This document shows, piece after piece, positions 59,371 through 64,000 of a DNA stretch of 64,000 nucleotides. The notes beneath the pieces are model-generated. The model was not told the origin of the DNA. It searched no databases and saw only the letters and a program-made list of their open reading frames with translations. Every line of letters starts with the position of its first letter. Positions within the stretch are counted from its first letter, which is position 1. Made by a program: the position numbers and the translations under genes. Source of the stretch: the human T2T-CHM13v2.0 reference genome, Homo sapiens; the NCBI RefSeq assembly GCF_009914755.1, contig NC_060930.1; one strand, written 5' to 3'.

Positions 59371-60807
59371 AATTAAAATCAATCATTAAAAATATAATGA
59401 AAGATTCTCAAAACCTCTACACTAAAAACACCTTTGTGAGACAGAATAAACATTTGTGTAAAAAGAGAGATACACTATGTTCACTGATGAGAAGACTCTA
59501 CATTTTTAAGATGTTGACTGTCCCCAAATTGATTCATAGGTTCAGCATAGTCCAGTCAAAATCCAAGCAAGCTTTTTATATAGAAATTGACAACCTAATT
59601 TTACAATTTACATGAAAATGCAAAAGATATGTAATAGTAAAACAATTTGGAAAAAAATAAAGTTGGTGGACTTATGTTACCTGATTTCAAGGTTTGCTAT
59701 AAGCTATGTTAATCAAGATAGTGTGGCATTGATATAGAATTAGAAAAGTAGATCAATGAAACAGATGAGAGAATCTAGAAAGAGGCACATACATATACAA
59801 TCAATTTTCAACAGAGGCAAAAATACCCTATGAGTAAGTGAAATTCTTTCTAATTAATGGTGGTGGAGCAACCATATACCCACTTGGGGAAAAAAATAAA
59901 CATGGCCTCTAACTCACGGTATGTACAGAATTTAATTTGAGTTGGGTTATAGATTTGAAATATGAACTGTGAAGCTTCTAAAAGAAAATATAGGAGAGTA
60001 TCTTCACAACCTTAGGGTAGGAAAAATTTCTTAGCACACAGAAAGCACTAATTATAAAAAACTGATAAATTAGACCTAATTGAAATAAAAGTTTTCTAAT
60101 TATCAAAAGATAATATTAAGAAAATGAATAAGACACACACTAGGGGAATATAGTCACAAAACCTATGCATAAAAAGCAACTGATATCAGGATATATAAAA
60201 ATATCATATAACTCAGTAATAAAAAGACAACCCAATTCAAAATGAAAAAAATACTTGCACAGATACTTCTCAAAGGAAGAACCAAATGGCTATAAGAACA
60301 TGGAAAAGTACTTGACATTATTACTCATTGAAAAAATGCAAATTATAAGAATAAGATGTTATTGAACACCCACAAGAATGGTAAAAATTTAAAAGACTGA
60401 CAATATAAAAGTATGCAAAGAATGTAGAGAAACAAGAACTCGTATAACATTGCTGATAGAACTGTAAAATTTGGCCGTGGCTTTGGAAAAAGATTCGGCA
60501 GTATTTTTATTAAGTAAAATACTTTAACTTATATGTACTATATGACACTGCAATTCCACTTCTAGATATTTACCCAAGAGATATAAAAACAAATATCCAC
60601 GTGAAACTTGCACATGAATGTTCACAGCAACATCATTCACAGTAGGCAAAAACTGGAAACAATCCAAATCTCCTTCAACATAAAAATTGATATACAAATT
60701 ACAGTGTATTTATTTAATGGGATAATACTTAGCAATAGAAAGGAATAAACTACCAGTACATGCAGTGACGTGGATATACTTTTTAAAATGCTGAGCTAAG
60801 GAAGTTA

Positions 60808-61302
60808 GTGTATTAGCTAGGGTTCTACAGGGAAACAGAACCAATAGGAGATATAGAACCAATGGGATATATATGGGAGATTATGGTCTATTGGCTCATA
60901 TGATTATGGAGGCCAAGAAGTCCTAGCATCTGCCATCTGTGAGCTGGAGACCTGGGAAAGCCAGTGGTGTAATTCCAGCCAAGTCCAAAGGCCTGAAAAC
61001 CAGAGGAGACAATGGTGTAAATCTCAGTCAAAGGGCAGAAGATGAAATGAGATGTTCCAGCTCAAGTAGTTGGGCAGAAAAAAAAGGGGCTAAATTCTTC
61101 CTGGCTCCATCTTTTGTTCTATTCTGGCTCTCAATGGATTGGATGATGGCTACTCACACTAGGAAGAACAATCTCCTTTACTGAGCCCACCTATTCAAAT
61201 GTTAATCTCATCCAGAAACATCCTCACAGACACACCCAGAAATAATATTTAATCTGGGCACCCCATGGCCCATTCAAGTTGACACATGAAACTAACCATT
61301 AT
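60808..61302 (-). mobile_element. MLT2 (ERVL) LTR
   Basis: gtattagctagggttctacagggaaacagaaccaatagg ... caagttgacacatgaaactaaccat. Confidence 0.75.
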
Positions 61303-61349
61303 AGTCAGATTTTTTTTAAGTACATGTGGTAGGATTCTATTTATATAAA

Positions 61350-62160
<811 letters not shown>

Positions 62161-63079
62161 GCAGTACTATACTACAGAAAGCGAATCTATATTGATAGGA
62201 ATCAGAACAGCATTTGCTTTGAGGGAGGGAAAGTGGCAGGGCTTGACTGGCAAAGAAGATAAGGGAAATTTCTTGGGTGGTAAAGATGTTCTATATCTTA
62301 ATTAGGTGGTGGTTACAGTAGTGTATAAATATGTAAAAATTCAAACTGTGAAACTAAAGATCTGTGCACTTCACTGTGTAAATTATATCTCAATTTTTAA
62401 AATAACTATTAAAATTACTAGGAAATAGATCCCTTCTAAGGAAATAGATTTATACTAAATTGAAGTTTAGGAGTCAGTAAGCTCTGAGTTCTGTTGAAAA
62501 CTCTTCTGATTTTGGTTTTCAAACAATTACTCTAGCAAAAGAAATTAGGGAATAATGTCTCTTAAATTAGGATAAAAGCCATCTTTTGGTCAAACAAGGT
62601 CACAACCCAAAATTGTCAAAAAAATAAGATCAACTTTTTATTCAGCATAAGTGTTAAAATGATATACATCCAAATTTGATGGTTTTTAATGTACTTTTTA
62701 CAGTCTAGTTTTGAGAACACTGAGAAAAGAAATCTTAGCTAAAACAATTTAAAAACCAGTTTCTGAAGTGTATTTCTTTGGTGCCATCAGATTAAGAACA
62801 GTATTTGACATCCTGAACTTGGTGCCTCTCATGAGTTTTAGGCAATATGAGTTCCTCAAGGGCTTCTTAAAAATCACAAAGGAATTACTGTACTTTTAAG
62901 CATATTTTATTATCTTTCAATTATTAGTAATTGTTGCTTCCTTATATAGTCCTAAAGACAATTCCTTTAAAAAAAATCTATTCACCAGAATATTCCCATT
63001 TTTTCAGGAATTCTGGATAAAGAAAGAAAATAGCATAACAGAACTTAAATTATAAACATTATTATTGATGACAGTTTAC

Positions 63080-63920
63080 TTCAGTTGCAACACTAAACTA
63101 GTATCTATGTTTGCTAAGGACTTCAGCTGGAAGCTTTATGCCCTGAGCCATAATCCTAGCAATTGACTCTTATTGAACAAGATTTCTTCATGTGAGGCTG
63201 CCCTCCAAGTAGGCCATCTCAGTGGTGAAGCAGTTGGTGTTGGTGAGTTAGCTATTGACTGTCTTCCAGGGTATTCCCAGTTGAAACAATGCTTGGGACT
63301 CTCTATGACTCCGTCTTACCTCTGTTCCAGCCTCACTGCTCTTCAAGTGATCTCCCCCCAAATCTAAGTTCCTGGCCATTAAATGTCATAGGTAAATTTA
63401 TGATTCTCTTCCTAATTAGGGAGAAATTACTCTTGGCTGCCTTCCAACTCTTTTCTTTCATCTGTGTTTTCAGGTACACCCTTATTAGATGATGCTACCC
63501 AGCACAGCTGCAGCTTCAGCAAGAACTGCCATGTGCATTTGATCGGTCTGTTTCTTATTCTGGAACCTGTATTTGCATCTGATGCCACACAAGTCCTAAG
63601 CATGGGATGTGTGGAAAGGGTCAGTCATCAGGATGGGGGGCTTGAAGTCTCCTCCTTTTTGGAAATCCTTTTCCCCTAACTACTAGGCAGCCAGTAACTT
63701 TAGGACTACTTCATGGATGTCCAAGTGTTCTAATGCTTCTCTTCCACCATGTCTGCTTTCTTCTAAAGTAAATTACCTTCCAAATGATCTCTTTTCTCTC
63801 CTCATACCACTATCCCAATCAAAGTTCCCAGATCCTCAACATAATTAACTAAATAAATCTCTCTGAAGTAGAACGATTGATAGGCCCAGACATCACAGCA
63901 ATAATTATGGAAATTGATTC
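63080..63920 (-). pseudogene. Large pseudo-exon (~840 bp)
   Basis: Acceptor ttttccacttagtag, donor gtaaac. Frame-shifted peptide includes EGNLL*KKADMVE/EALEHLDIHEVVLKLLAA**LGEKDF and FTTEMAYLEGSLT*RNLVQ*ESIARIMAQGIKLPAEVLSKHRY*FSVATE. Confidence 0.6.
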
Positions 63921-64000
63921 CTACTAAGTGGAAAAGTGTTAAAAGTAGGGTAGGTAATTTTTAGCACAAGCCACCTGTTCTATGCCTATTCTGAGATCCC

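Overview
Primate DNA, most likely human or great ape (AluY, L1PA2/3-type elements), AT-rich and repeat-dense, with no intact host protein-coding gene. Two layers stand out. (1) About 25 minus-strand blocks between ~10.1 kb and ~63.9 kb sit between the repeats and are bounded by splice signals (polypyrimidine-AG ... GT). Several are phase-compatible, and their stop- and frameshift-riddled translations read like amphipathic, spectrin-repeat-type helices. I interpret them as a heavily decayed, unprocessed pseudogene of a giant nesprin (SYNE)-like or other spectrin-repeat protein that runs off the right edge and possibly the left. The family assignment is inference. (2) A LINE-1 cluster at 0.5-23 kb. 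A full-length L1PA5/6-like element (-) contains a twin-primed L1PA4-like insert and an AluY. A full-length L1PA2/3 (+) has an intact ORF1, a dead ORF2, an extended ORF0 and a ~1.07-kb 3' transduction inside a 13-14 bp TSD. The two + strand L1s share a nonsense mutation, suggesting non-allelic gene conversion. The rest is old L1M, L2, MIR, MaLR/ERVL LTRs, an ERVL internal region and Alus. Repeat subfamily names come from recalled consensus sequences, not from a search.
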